The notes beneath the pieces were generated by a model that saw only the letters and a program-made list of their open reading frames with translations, was not told the DNA's origin and did no database searches. 64,000 nt of DNA, taken from positions 2,944,580 through 3,008,579 of the forward strand of contig NZ_JAHVJR010000001.1 in the NCBI RefSeq assembly GCF_019801175.1, given 5' to 3'. Made by a program: the position numbers and the translations under genes. The stretch comes from Vannielia litorea (GTDB lineage: Bacteria; Pseudomonadota; Alphaproteobacteria; Rhodobacterales; Rhodobacteraceae). The stretch's first letter is position 1; each line of letters begins with the position of its first letter. Below are positions 39,372 to 49,076 of this stretch, piece by piece.

Positions 39372-40289
39372 TCAGCCCTTCTTGGCTTCCTCTTCCATGT
39401 CCATCCCGTTCATACGGGCCACGTGGTCGGTGACGAAGGGCACAAAGTCGCCGCCCTTCCCGATCGCCTCGACATGGTTGAAGTAATGCCGCACCGCGCT
39501 GGCCACCACGTTGACCACGCCCGCATCGGCGGCCATCGAGTTCACGTAGCGCAGATCCTTGTTGGCGTTTTGGATGGTGAACTTGTGCACCTCCGCCTCC
39601 CGGCCCACGCAGCCGCGAGTGAACGTGTCGAAAAACCCGTTGCCCAGCCGCGAGCCGCCGATCACCGTCTGAAACTGCTTCGGCGTGATCCCCACCTTCG
39701 CACCCAGCACCGCCGCCTCGGCATAAAGGCTGGCATAGCCCATCGAGACGAAGTTCATCAGCAGCTTCATCTTGTGGCCGTTGCCGGTCGGGCCCATGTG
39801 GTTGATCGTGCCCGCCCAGCATTCGATCACCGGCAGCACCTTGGCGAAGCTCTCGTCATCCGCGCCCACCATCGCGTCCAGCGTGCCTTCCTCGGCCTCC
39901 TTCGGCGTGCGGCCCAGCGGCGCATCCACGAGGCGGCCGCCCTTGGCCTCCAGTTCAGCGGCCAGCTTCATGGTGCTCACCGGATCGGCGGTGGAACATT
40001 CCACCACGATCAGGCCGGGTTTCGCCCCGGCCAAAATCCCGTCCGACCCATGAAACACCGCCTCCACCTGCGGCGAATTGCCGAGGCAGATGTGGATGAT
40101 CTCGCATTGCTCTGCCATCTCCTTGGGCGAGGCCGCTTCCGTCGCCCCCATGCCCACGAGGCTCTCGATCGGCGTCCGGTTGCGGTTGCCCTTCACCACC
40201 AGCGGATAGCCGCCTTTCAGGATGTTCTTCGCCATCCCGTGGCCCATGAATCCCACGCCGATGAACCCGACGGTCGGTTTGTCTGCCAT
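39372..40289 (-). CDS. 3-hydroxyisobutyrate dehydrogenase-family NAD-dependent beta-hydroxyacid dehydrogenase (tartronate semialdehyde reductase / L-threonate dehydrogenase-like)
   Basis: GFIGVGFMGHGMA Rossmann motif and the 6PGDH-like NAD-binding family pattern. Confidence 0.8.
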   Translation of the reverse strand: MADKPTVGFIGVGFMGHGMAKNILKGGYPLVVKGNRNRTPIESLVGMGATEAASPKEMAEQCEIIHICLGNSPQVEAVFHGSDGILAGAKPGLIVVECSTADPVSTMKLAAELEAKGGRLVDAPLGRTPKEAEEGTLDAMVGADDESFAKVLPVIECWAGTINHMGPTGNGHKMKLLMNFVSMGYASLYAEAAVLGAKVGITPKQFQTVIGGSRLGNGFFDTFTRGCVGREAEVHKFTIQNANKDLRYVNSMAADAGVVNVVASAVRHYFNHVEAIGKGGDFVPFVTDHVARMNGMDMEEEAKKG

Positions 40290-40308
40290 GTTGTCCTCCC
40301 GGAAAATC

Positions 40309-41061
40309 TCAAAGGCTGGCGGTAATGCCGCCATCCACGAAAAGCGTATGCCCGTTCACGAAGCTCGCCGCATCGCTGGCAAGGAACACGCAGGCCCCCA
40401 CCAGCTCTTCCACCTTGCCCCAGCGCCCGGCAGGCGTGCGCTTTTCGAGCCAGGCGCTGAACTCGGGGTCAGAGACCAGCGCCGCGTTCAGCGGCGTGTC
40501 AAAGTAGCCGGGCGCAATCGCATTGCAGTTCAGCCCGTGCTTGGCCCAATCGGTCGCCATCCCCTTCGTGAGATTCGCAATCGCCCCCTTGCTGGCCGTG
40601 TAGGGCGCAATGCCGGGCCTTGCGAGCAGGGTCTGCACAGAGGCGATATTGATGATCTTGCCGCTGCCGCGCGCAATCATCCCCCGCGCCACCGCCTGCC
40701 CCACGTAAAAGGCACTGTTCACATTGGTCCGCATCAGCCGGTCAAAGGCCTCCGGCTCGAACTCCTCAAGCGGCCCCCGGTGCTGCATCCCGGCGTTGTT
40801 CACCAAGATATCGAGCGGCTTGCCATAGCCCTCCACCGCCTCACGCACCGCGCCCGCATCGGTCACGTCAAACGCCAGCGTCTCCACATCCGCGCCGGTC
40901 GCCCGCAGCGCCTCTGCCGCCTCGCCGAGCCGTTCGGTGTTGCGCGCATTCAGCACCACCGAGGCCCCGGCCTCCGCCAGCCCTTTGGCCAGCGCAGCGC
41001 CAATCCCCATAGACGAGCCGGTCACCAGCGCCCGCCGGCCGCTCAGATCGAAAATCTTCAT
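40309..41061 (-). CDS. SDR family oxidoreductase (gluconate 5-dehydrogenase / 5-keto-D-gluconate reductase-like)
   Basis: TGSSMGIG cofactor motif, NNAG, catalytic YTASK. Confidence 0.85.
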   Translation of the reverse strand: MKIFDLSGRRALVTGSSMGIGAALAKGLAEAGASVVLNARNTERLGEAAEALRATGADVETLAFDVTDAGAVREAVEGYGKPLDILVNNAGMQHRGPLEEFEPEAFDRLMRTNVNSAFYVGQAVARGMIARGSGKIINIASVQTLLARPGIAPYTASKGAIANLTKGMATDWAKHGLNCNAIAPGYFDTPLNAALVSDPEFSAWLEKRTPAGRWGKVEELVGACVFLASDAASFVNGHTLFVDGGITASL

Positions 41062-41175
41062 AAGTCCTCCCACGCGCCAGCCCCCCTCATTGACAATCGG
41101 GGGCCGAGCCTTCATGCAAATGGTATACCATTTGGGGCGGCATGCAACCGCCCCGCCCAGGGAGGAGCCACGCCC

Positions 41176-42204
41176 ATGAAGGCGCTATTTGCCCACGGGG
41201 CGCATGACCTGCGCCTTGAGGAGTCCCAGCCCGTTGCCCCCGGCCCGGGCGAGGTTGCGCTGCGGATGGTGCGCGGCGGCATCTGCGGCTCCGACCTGCA
41301 TTACTACCACAACGGCGGCTTCGGCACCGTCAAGCTGCGCGAGCCAATGATCCTCGGACATGAGGTGGCAGGCGAGATCACAGCGCTTGGTGAGGGCGTC
41401 CAGAACCTCGCGGTCGGCGACCTCGTCGCCGTCTCCCCCTCCCGCCCCTGCGGGGCTTGCGCCGAGTGCCTGCGCGGCCTGCCCAACCAGTGCCTGAACA
41501 TGCGCTTCTACGGCTCCGCCATGCCCTTCCCGCACATCCAAGGCGCCTTCCGCGAAGAGCTGACTGCCCTCGCCTCCCAATGCGTCCCCGCCGCCGGACT
41601 CACCGCCGCACAGGCCGCTATGGCCGAGCCGCTCGCGGTCTGCCTCCACGCCACCCGCCAGGCCGGAGACCTCCTCGGCAAACGCGTGCTCATCACCGGT
41701 TGCGGCCCCATCGGCCAGCTCTGCATCCTCGCCGCCCGCCGCGCAGGGGCCGCCGAGATCGTGGCCACCGACATCGCCACGCCCGCGCTCGAAGCCGCCA
41801 AAACCTCCGGCGCCGACCGCACCCTGAACACCGCCGAAAACCCCGAGGCCCTCGCCCCCTACACGGCGGGCAAAGGCACCTTCGATGCCGCCATCGAATG
41901 CTCCGGCGCGCCCCAAGCCCTCGCCGCCTGCATTGCCGCTCTCCGGCCCCGCGGCACGCTGGTGCAACTCGGCCTCTCCGGCGACATGCCCGTGCCGATG
42001 ATGCAGGTCACCGCCAAGGAACTCTCCCTCAAGGGCTCCTTCCGCTTCCACGAAGAATTCGCCATCGCGGTCCAGCTCATGCAGAAGGGCCTGATAAACG
42101 TGGCCCCGCTCATCACCCACAGCTTCCCGCTCGCCAGCTTCGCCGAGGCCTTCACCATGGCCTCCGACAAATCCCGCGCCATGAAGGTCCAACTGGAGTT
42201 CTGA
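41176..42204 (+). CDS. Zinc-dependent medium-chain dehydrogenase (L-idonate 5-dehydrogenase / sorbitol dehydrogenase-like)
   Basis: GHEVAGEI zinc motif, structural-Zn Cys cluster (PCGACAECLRG), GCGPIGQL Rossmann motif. Start set at MKALFAHG. Confidence 0.85.
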   Translation: MKALFAHGAHDLRLEESQPVAPGPGEVALRMVRGGICGSDLHYYHNGGFGTVKLREPMILGHEVAGEITALGEGVQNLAVGDLVAVSPSRPCGACAECLRGLPNQCLNMRFYGSAMPFPHIQGAFREELTALASQCVPAAGLTAAQAAMAEPLAVCLHATRQAGDLLGKRVLITGCGPIGQLCILAARRAGAAEIVATDIATPALEAAKTSGADRTLNTAENPEALAPYTAGKGTFDAAIECSGAPQALAACIAALRPRGTLVQLGLSGDMPVPMMQVTAKELSLKGSFRFHEEFAIAVQLMQKGLINVAPLITHSFPLASFAEAFTMASDKSRAMKVQLEF

Positions 42205-42800
42205 TGCTCACCTTCGCCGCCGCCGTCTTCTTCCTCATCATCACCCCCGGCCCGGGCGTGCTGACAACGGCTGGCGTTGGCTCGGGCTTCGGCTTCCGCC
42301 CCGGCCTGCGCTATGTGGTCGGCCTCTTCATCGGCACCAACCTCGTGGCGCTCGGGGTCATCTCAGGCGTCGCCGCCGTGGTGCTCTCGGTCCCGGCCAT
42401 CCGCATCGTGCTGGCCGTCGCCTCCGTGGCCTACCTCTGCTGGCTCGCCGCCAAGATCGCCTTCGCAGGCAGCAAGATCGCCTTCTCTCCCGCCGCCACC
42501 GCCCCCGGCATCCTCGGCGGCGTGATGCTTCAGGCGATCAACCCCAAGGCCTATGCCGTCAACACCACCCTCTTCGCGGGCTTCCCCTTCGCCCCCGACA
42601 ACCTCGTGTTCGAGACCATCGCCAAACTGGTGATCGTCAACGCCATCTGGATTCCCATCCACCTCGGCTGGCTCTGGGCCGGGGCCACGCTCCACCGCCT
42701 CAACCTCTCCGAGGCCGCCCACCGCCGGATCAACATCGCCATGGCCGCCTCGCTGCTGGCCGTTGTCGCCCTCGCCCTCTACGCAAGTTTCCTCAAATGA
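42204..42800 (+). CDS. LysE/RhtB family amino-acid/metabolite exporter
   Basis: 198 aa, six TM, LysE-type N-terminus (MLTFAAAVFFLIITPGPGVL). Start overlaps the preceding stop (TGATG). Confidence 0.8.
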   Translation: MLTFAAAVFFLIITPGPGVLTTAGVGSGFGFRPGLRYVVGLFIGTNLVALGVISGVAAVVLSVPAIRIVLAVASVAYLCWLAAKIAFAGSKIAFSPAATAPGILGGVMLQAINPKAYAVNTTLFAGFPFAPDNLVFETIAKLVIVNAIWIPIHLGWLWAGATLHRLNLSEAAHRRINIAMAASLLAVVALALYASFLK

Positions 42801-44194
42801 CCATCCCCGCTGCCATCACCCGCCTCGATTTCCTCGGCGACCGCATCGTCACCTCCGGCGCCGTGCGCGACCAGCACGGCCAGAATGAGACCTACTACCC
42901 CGACACCCCGCCCGATGCCGTGGCCTTCCCCGAAACGACCGAGGAAGTCAGCCAGATTCTCCGCATCTGCCACGAGGAGTCCTGCCCCGTCGTCCCCTAC
43001 GGCGCCGCCTCCTCGCTCGAAGGCCAGCACCTCTGCACCTCCGGTGGCATCTCCCTCGACATGAACCGCATGGCGAGCGTTCTCGAAGTCCGCCCCGAAG
43101 ATCTCAACTGCACCGTCCAGCCCGGAATCACCCGCCTGCGCCTCAACGAAGAGCTCCGCGCCACCGGCCTGATGTTCCCGGTCGACCCCGGCGCCGACGC
43201 CTCCATCGGCGGCATGGCCGCCACCCGCGCCTCCGGCACCACCGCCGTGCGCTACGGCACCATGCGCGAGAATATCCTCGCACTCGAGGCGGTGATGGCC
43301 GATGGCACTGTGATCCGCACGGGCACCCAGGCCCGCAAATCCTCCACCGGGTATGATCTCACCCACCTGCTCATCGGCTCCGAGGGCACGCTCGGCATCA
43401 TCACCGAGCTGACCCTCCGCCTTCAGGGCATCCCCGAGGCCACCTCCGCCGCCACCTGCCGCTTCGCCTCAGTCGAAGACGCGGTGAACTGCGTCATCAC
43501 CACCATCCAGTCCGGCCTGCCGATGGCCCGGATCGAGCTGCTCGACGAGATGATGGTCAAAGGCTTCAACGCCTACTCCGGCGCGGGCCTCCCCGAAGAG
43601 CCGCACCTTTTCCTCGAATTCCACGGCACCCCCGCCTCCGTGGCCGAACAGGCCGAGACCTTCGGCATGATCGCCGAAGATTTCGGCGCTTCCGGCTGGC
43701 AGGTCGCCGAAAAGGCCGAGGATCGCACCGCCCTCTGGGCCATGCGCCACAAGGCCCACTACGCCTCCGCCGCGCTCGGCAAGGGCAAGCACCTCTGGCC
43801 CACGGACGTGTGCGTGCCGATCTCCCGGCTCGCCGAGGCCGTGCTTCAGGCCCAGAAGGATGCGGTCGCCCTCGGCCTCACCTCCACCATCGTCGGCCAT
43901 GTCGGCGACGGAAACTTCCACGCGGGCGTCAGCGTTGACCCGACAGACCCCGAGGAAATGCAGCGCGCCGAGGCCTTCACCGGTGCGCTCGCCAAAACCG
44001 CCCTCCGCCTCGGCGGCACCGTCTCGGGTGAGCATGGCATCGGCCTCGGCAAGCAGCGCTACATGGAGGCCGAGCACGGCCCCGCGCTCACCTACATGCG
44101 CGCGATCAAGCAGGCCTTCGATCCGCGCAACATCCTGAACCCCGGCAAGCTCCTGCCGCCAACCAACGAGGTGCCCCATGCTGCCGCAGAATAG
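42797..44194 (+). CDS. FAD-linked oxidase (GlcD / D-lactate dehydrogenase family)
   Basis: FAD-binding PCMH domain (VVPYGAASSLEGQ) and the C-terminal FAD-oxidase domain. Confidence 0.85.
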   Translation: MTIPAAITRLDFLGDRIVTSGAVRDQHGQNETYYPDTPPDAVAFPETTEEVSQILRICHEESCPVVPYGAASSLEGQHLCTSGGISLDMNRMASVLEVRPEDLNCTVQPGITRLRLNEELRATGLMFPVDPGADASIGGMAATRASGTTAVRYGTMRENILALEAVMADGTVIRTGTQARKSSTGYDLTHLLIGSEGTLGIITELTLRLQGIPEATSAATCRFASVEDAVNCVITTIQSGLPMARIELLDEMMVKGFNAYSGAGLPEEPHLFLEFHGTPASVAEQAETFGMIAEDFGASGWQVAEKAEDRTALWAMRHKAHYASAALGKGKHLWPTDVCVPISRLAEAVLQAQKDAVALGLTSTIVGHVGDGNFHAGVSVDPTDPEEMQRAEAFTGALAKTALRLGGTVSGEHGIGLGKQRYMEAEHGPALTYMRAIKQAFDPRNILNPGKLLPPTNEVPHAAAE

Positions 44195-45323
44195 TGACCA
44201 AGCCGTCCTGACAACCCGCGTCTGGAAGCCCGGCACCGGCCCCTGTGTCGTGCGGCTTGAGGCAAACCGGGTGATCGACATCACTTCCAAGGCCATCCCC
44301 ACCATGCAGGCCCTGCTGGAGCAGCCCGACCCGGCTGCCACCGCCCGTTCCGCGCCCGGCAACTTCCTCTGCACCTTTGAAGAGCTGGCCGAAGCCTCCA
44401 CCGAGGCCGCCGGCCCCGATGCCCTCCGCCTCCTCGCCCCCGCCGACCTTCAGGCGATCAAGGCCAGCGGCGTCACCTTCGCCGAGAGCATGGTCGAGCG
44501 TGTCATCGAGGAGCGCGCCGCAGGCGATGCCGACCGCGCCGAAGAGATCCGCGCTCGGGTGAAATCCCACATCGGAGATAGCCTCTCCGGCATCGAGCCG
44601 GGCAGCGACAAGGCCATGGCCGTCAAGGAGGTGCTGCAAAAGGAGGGCCTCTGGTCGCAATACCTCGAAGTCGGCATCGGCCCCGACGCCGAGGTCTTCA
44701 CCAAGTGCCAGCCCATGGCCGCCGTGGGCCACGGCGCTTCCGTGGGCCTGCACCCCATGTCGAGCTGGAACAACCCCGAACCCGAGGTCGTGCTGGCCGT
44801 CAGTTCCAAAGGCAAAATCGTCGGCGCCACCCTCGGCAACGATGTAAACCTGCGCGACGTGGAGGGCCGCTCCGCCCTCCTCCTCGGCAAGGCGAAAGAC
44901 AACAACGCCTCCGCCGCCCTCGGTCCCTTCCTCCGCCTCTTCGACGACAAGTTCACCCTCGATGACGTGCGCAAGACTCACCTCACCATGAGCGTGACCG
45001 GCACCGATGGCTTCACCCTCGAAGGCTCCTCCTCGATGGAGAAAATCTCCCGCGACCCGGCCTCGATCGTCAGCCAAACCATCGGCCGCCACCACCAATA
45101 CCCCGACGGCTTCTTCCTCTACCTCGGCACCATGTTCGCCCCGGTCAAAGACCGCGACGCCCCGGGCCAGGGCTTCACCCACCACCCGGGCGATACCGTC
45201 TCCATCTCCACCCCGCTGCTCGGCACCCTCACCAACACCGTCCGCCTCTCCACCGAGGCGCCGGAGTGGACCTTCGGCACCTCCGCGCTCATGCGCAACC
45301 TTGCCCAGCGAGGCCTGCTATGA
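44178..45323 (+). CDS. Fumarylacetoacetate hydrolase (FAH) family protein
   Basis: FAH fold signatures (KIVGATLGNDVNLRD..., HHPGDTVSISTPLLGTL). Confidence 0.8.
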   Translation: MLPQNSDQAVLTTRVWKPGTGPCVVRLEANRVIDITSKAIPTMQALLEQPDPAATARSAPGNFLCTFEELAEASTEAAGPDALRLLAPADLQAIKASGVTFAESMVERVIEERAAGDADRAEEIRARVKSHIGDSLSGIEPGSDKAMAVKEVLQKEGLWSQYLEVGIGPDAEVFTKCQPMAAVGHGASVGLHPMSSWNNPEPEVVLAVSSKGKIVGATLGNDVNLRDVEGRSALLLGKAKDNNASAALGPFLRLFDDKFTLDDVRKTHLTMSVTGTDGFTLEGSSSMEKISRDPASIVSQTIGRHHQYPDGFFLYLGTMFAPVKDRDAPGQGFTHHPGDTVSISTPLLGTLTNTVRLSTEAPEWTFGTSALMRNLAQRGLL

Positions 45324-46162
45324 CCCTCTATGACGATACCCAGTGCAACCTCGGCGAAGGCCCGCTCTGGCACCCCGAGCGGCAAGAGTTCTTCTGGTTC
45401 GACATCAACAAGCACCACATGCACGCCCAGCGCGCGGGCCAGACCTTCACATGGGAGTTCGAGCACTTCGTCTCCGCCGGAGGCTGGGTCGATCGTGACA
45501 CGCTGCTGATCGCCTCAGACGCCGCGCTCTTCACTTTCAACCTCACCACAGGGGCGCGTGAAGAGATCACCTCGCTCGAGGCCGACAACCCCGCCACCCG
45601 CTCCAACGATGGCCGCGCCGACCCTCAGGGCGGCTTCTGGATCGGCACGATGGGCTGCAAGAAGGAAACCGGCGCAGGCGCCTACTACCGCTACTACCGC
45701 GGCGAGCTGCGCCAGCTCTGGGATAACTGGAGCATCCCCAACTGCACCTGCTTCACCCCAGATGGCACCACCGCCTACATCGCCGACACGCCGCAAAACC
45801 AGATCTGGCGGGTGGCGCTCGATGAGCACGGCTGGCCCAAGGGCGACCCCGAACCTTGGCTGACCCTCCCCAAGGAGAGCCACCGCCCCGATGGCGCCGT
45901 CTGCGACACCCAAGGTAACCTCTGGATCGCCCAATATGGCCACTCCAAAGTCACCGTCCACGCGCCCGATGGCACCGAGCTGCGCGCCCTCCCCGTCCCC
46001 GGCAAGAACACCACCTGCCCGGCCTTCGGCGGCGAGGCGCTCGACCAGCTCTATGTGACGACAGCCATTCAGGAAGACCCAAACCCAGCCCCCGAAGACG
46101 GCTGCACCTACCTGCTCGATCCGCAGGCGACCGGGCAGGCCGAACATCTGGTGATCCTATGA
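45320..46162 (+). CDS. SMP-30/gluconolactonase/LRE-family lactonase
   Basis: MTLYDDTQCNLGEGPLWHPERQEFFWFDI... with RSNDGRADPQGGFW and the NG..FSPDG six-blade propeller pattern. Confidence 0.8.
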   Translation: MTLYDDTQCNLGEGPLWHPERQEFFWFDINKHHMHAQRAGQTFTWEFEHFVSAGGWVDRDTLLIASDAALFTFNLTTGAREEITSLEADNPATRSNDGRADPQGGFWIGTMGCKKETGAGAYYRYYRGELRQLWDNWSIPNCTCFTPDGTTAYIADTPQNQIWRVALDEHGWPKGDPEPWLTLPKESHRPDGAVCDTQGNLWIAQYGHSKVTVHAPDGTELRALPVPGKNTTCPAFGGEALDQLYVTTAIQEDPNPAPEDGCTYLLDPQATGQAEHLVIL

Positions 46163-47061
46163 GCCGTTTCCTCTGCATCGGTGAATGCATGGTCGAATTG
46201 GCCCAAACCGGGCCTGACACCTACCGCCGCGGCTTCGCAGGCGACACCTTCAACACCGCATGGTACGCCCGCCGCTGCCTCCCCGAGAGCTGGGATGTCA
46301 GCTACGCCACCGCGGTCGGCACAGATGCCACCTCAGCCGAGATGACCGCCTTCATGCAGGCCGAGGGTGTCAGCCCCGTCACCCGCGAAATCCCGGATCG
46401 CACGGTGGGCCTCTACATGATCGCCACCAACGACGGCGAGCGCAGCTTCTCCTACTGGCGCAGCCACTCCGCCGCCCGCCTGCTGGGCGAAGATACCGAC
46501 TGGCTCGCCAGCACCTTCGCCACCGCCGAGATGATCCACTTCTCCGGCATCACCCTCGCCATCCTCGCCCCCGACCAGCGCAGCCGCCTGTGCAATGCCC
46601 TGCGCTCCTCCCGCGCCACCGTCAGCTTCGACACCAACCTGCGCCCGCGCCTCTGGGAGAACGAGAACGCCATGAAGCGCGGCCTCACCCAAGGCGCCTC
46701 CGCCGCCTCAATCGTGCTGCCCAGCTTCGATGAGGAAACCGCCCTCTTCGGCGACCCCACGCCAGAGCACACCATCGCCCGCTACCGCGAGGCCGGGGCC
46801 TCCATCATCGCGGTGAAAAACGGCGCCGAGGCGCTCACGCTGGCCACGCCCGAGGGCATCACCGAGATCGCCTGCGAGCCGGTCGACAAGGTGGTGGACA
46901 GCACCGCCGCAGGCGACAGCTTCGCCGCCCGCTTCCTCGCCGGTCTCGCCCAGCAGGAGCCGCCCGCCGAGGCCGCCCGCGCCGCCATGGGTCTCGCCGC
47001 CAAAGTCATCCGCGCGCCCGGCGCGCTCGTGCCAGATATCTTCTCAGGAGACAGCAAATGA
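46159..47061 (+). CDS. kdgK: PfkB-family sugar-acid kinase (2-dehydro-3-deoxygluconokinase-like)
   Basis: N-terminal GECMVEL, C-terminal TAAGDSFAARFLAG anion-hole motif. Confidence 0.75.
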   Translation: MSRFLCIGECMVELAQTGPDTYRRGFAGDTFNTAWYARRCLPESWDVSYATAVGTDATSAEMTAFMQAEGVSPVTREIPDRTVGLYMIATNDGERSFSYWRSHSAARLLGEDTDWLASTFATAEMIHFSGITLAILAPDQRSRLCNALRSSRATVSFDTNLRPRLWENENAMKRGLTQGASAASIVLPSFDEETALFGDPTPEHTIARYREAGASIIAVKNGAEALTLATPEGITEIACEPVDKVVDSTAAGDSFAARFLAGLAQQEPPAEAARAAMGLAAKVIRAPGALVPDIFSGDSK

Positions 47062-48017
47062 ACATCCTCATCATCGGCGGCGCAGGTGTCGTCGGGCAAA
47101 AGCTCGCCACCTCCCTCGCCGCCAAGGGCACCCTGCGCGGCAAGCCGATCAGCCGCCTCATCCTCGCCGATGTGGTCGCCCCCGCCGCCGTCGAGGCGCC
47201 CTTCGCCGTCGAAACCACAAAGTGTGACATCACCGACCCGGCCTCGATGGAAGCGATCATCACCGCCGAGACCGATGTGATCTACTTGCTGGCCGCCATC
47301 GTCTCCGGTCAGGCCGAGGCCGAGTTCGAGCTGGGCTGGAACATCAACATGCACGGCACCATCAACGTGCTGGAGCGCGCCCGCACCCTCGGCACCTGCC
47401 CGGTAGTCGTGTTCTCGTCGTCGATGGCCGTCTACGGCGGCGACACGCCCGACCCGATCACCGATTTCTCCTCGCTGAACCCGCAAACCTCCTACGGTGC
47501 GCAAAAGGCCATCGGCGAGATGATGGTCACCGACTACTCCCGCAAGGGCTACATCGATGGCCGCGCCTTCCGCCTGCCCACCATCTCGGTGCGCCCCGGC
47601 AAGCCCAACGCGGCGGCCTCCGGCTTCATGTCGTCGATCTTCCGCGAGCCGCTCAACGGCCAGCCCGCCAACTGCCCCGTCGATGACAGCTTCCCGCACT
47701 ACTACCTCAGCCCGCGCAAATGCGTGGAGAACCTCGTGATCGGCGCCGAGATCCCGGCGGAGGATTTCGGCCCCAACCGCGCCGTGCAACTGCCCGGCCG
47801 CATGTGGACAATCCGCCAATGCATCGACGCGATGACCGCCGTCGCGGGCCCCGAGCCCGCAAAGCTCATCACCTGGAACGACGATCCGGTGATCCAGAAC
47901 ATCGTGAAAGGCTGGCGCTTCGATCTGCGGCCTGAAAAGGCCCGGCGCCTCGGCATGTCGGCGGACGAGACCTTCGAAGACAACATCCGCTACTACATCG
48001 AAGACGATCGCCCCTGA
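47058..48017 (+). CDS. NAD-dependent epimerase/dehydratase-family dehydrogenase (acid-sugar dehydrogenase, DenD-like?)
   Basis: IIGGAGVVGQKL Rossmann motif and a YGAQK catalytic YxxxK. Confidence 0.75.
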   Translation: MNILIIGGAGVVGQKLATSLAAKGTLRGKPISRLILADVVAPAAVEAPFAVETTKCDITDPASMEAIITAETDVIYLLAAIVSGQAEAEFELGWNINMHGTINVLERARTLGTCPVVVFSSSMAVYGGDTPDPITDFSSLNPQTSYGAQKAIGEMMVTDYSRKGYIDGRAFRLPTISVRPGKPNAAASGFMSSIFREPLNGQPANCPVDDSFPHYYLSPRKCVENLVIGAEIPAEDFGPNRAVQLPGRMWTIRQCIDAMTAVAGPEPAKLITWNDDPVIQNIVKGWRFDLRPEKARRLGMSADETFEDNIRYYIEDDRP

Positions 48018-48105
48018 TACGGGCCACGCTTCGGCCCTCAAAGCCTCATCGCAGCCCATGCTGCGGTGAGGCTGCTCCAGCCCGCCAGACCCGGCCCAAG
48101 CCTCC

Positions 48106-48900
48106 ATGCGCACGCTGCTCACCGTCCTCCTGCTGACCCTCGCCGCCGCCTCGACGCAGGCCGCACCCCGCACCCTCTGCACCCTCGTGATCGACGCGGC
48201 CACAGGCGCCGCGCTGCACGAGGCGGGCGATTGCGACACGCGCACCACCCCCGCCTCCACCTTCAAACTCGCCCTCGCCATCATCGGTTTCGAGGAGGGG
48301 TTTCTTACCGGCCCTCACGCTCCTGTCCTGCCCTTCCGCCCCGGTGACCCGGACTGGGGCGGCGCCAACTGGACGCGCGAAACAGGCCCAACCGATTGGC
48401 TCCGCTACTCCGTCGTCTGGTATTCGCAGCGCATCACCCACGCGCTCGGGGAGGCCACCCTCACCCGCCATGCCCGCGCCTTTGGCTATGGCAACGCCGA
48501 CTTCTCCGGTGATCCCGGCTTCGGCAACGGGCTCGACCGCGCCTGGATCGCCTCATCGCTGCAAATCTCCCCGCGCGAGCAAACCGACTTCCTGCGCGGT
48601 CTGGTCACCGCCACCCTGCCCGTCTCGCCCGAGGCCATGGCGCAGACCCGCGCCATCACGCAGCGCTTCGAGGCGGGCGGCTGGGTGATCCACGGCAAGA
48701 CCGGCGGCGCCTACCCGCGCCGTGCCGACCGGAGCTTCGATTATGCTGCGGGCTGGGGCTGGTTCGTCGGCTGGGCCGAGCAAGAGGGGCGCACCCTCGT
48801 CTTCGCCCGGCTCACACAGGCCCGCGAGCGCACATCGCGCTCCCCCGGCCTTCTGACGCGCGATAGCCTGCTGGCCGACTGGCCCAAGCTTGCGCCCTAG
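48106..48900 (+). CDS. Class D (OXA-family) beta-lactamase
   Basis: Signal peptide. All class D boxes present: STFK (PASTFKLAL), YGN (FGYGNADF), SxV region, KTG (HGKTGG), WxxG (GWFVGW). Confidence 0.85.
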   Translation: MRTLLTVLLLTLAAASTQAAPRTLCTLVIDAATGAALHEAGDCDTRTTPASTFKLALAIIGFEEGFLTGPHAPVLPFRPGDPDWGGANWTRETGPTDWLRYSVVWYSQRITHALGEATLTRHARAFGYGNADFSGDPGFGNGLDRAWIASSLQISPREQTDFLRGLVTATLPVSPEAMAQTRAITQRFEAGGWVIHGKTGGAYPRRADRSFDYAAGWGWFVGWAEQEGRTLVFARLTQARERTSRSPGLLTRDSLLADWPKLAP

Positions 48901-48944
48901 CGGCGCCTCGCCCGCCGGCCGGAACCGGGCGAGAGACCGCCCGA

Positions 48945-49070
48945 TCCGTTAACACGTCGCCGTCATGCACATCTGCATATGCATAGGATGTGCATGGGAT
49001 GTGCATCAGTTGTGCATCAACAAAATATAGCGTTAACGCCCATCCGGCCCCGCCGCACAGGCATTAACGC
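48945..49070. repeat. AT-rich convergent intergenic island with six TGCAT/ATGTGCAT direct repeats and three (G)TTAACGC motifs
   Basis: Seen directly: gtcATGCACatcTGCATATGCATaggATGTGCATgggATGTGCATcagttGTGCATcaa, flanked by cGTTAACacg, cGTTAACGCc and cATTAACGCa. Confidence 0.5.
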
Positions 49071-49076
49071 AAAGCC

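Noticed and set aside
40222-41175. 318-aa N-terminal extension of the Zn-dehydrogenase ORF
   Set aside because: It is antisense to the SDR gene. The MDR family N-terminus begins at MKALFAHG (41176).
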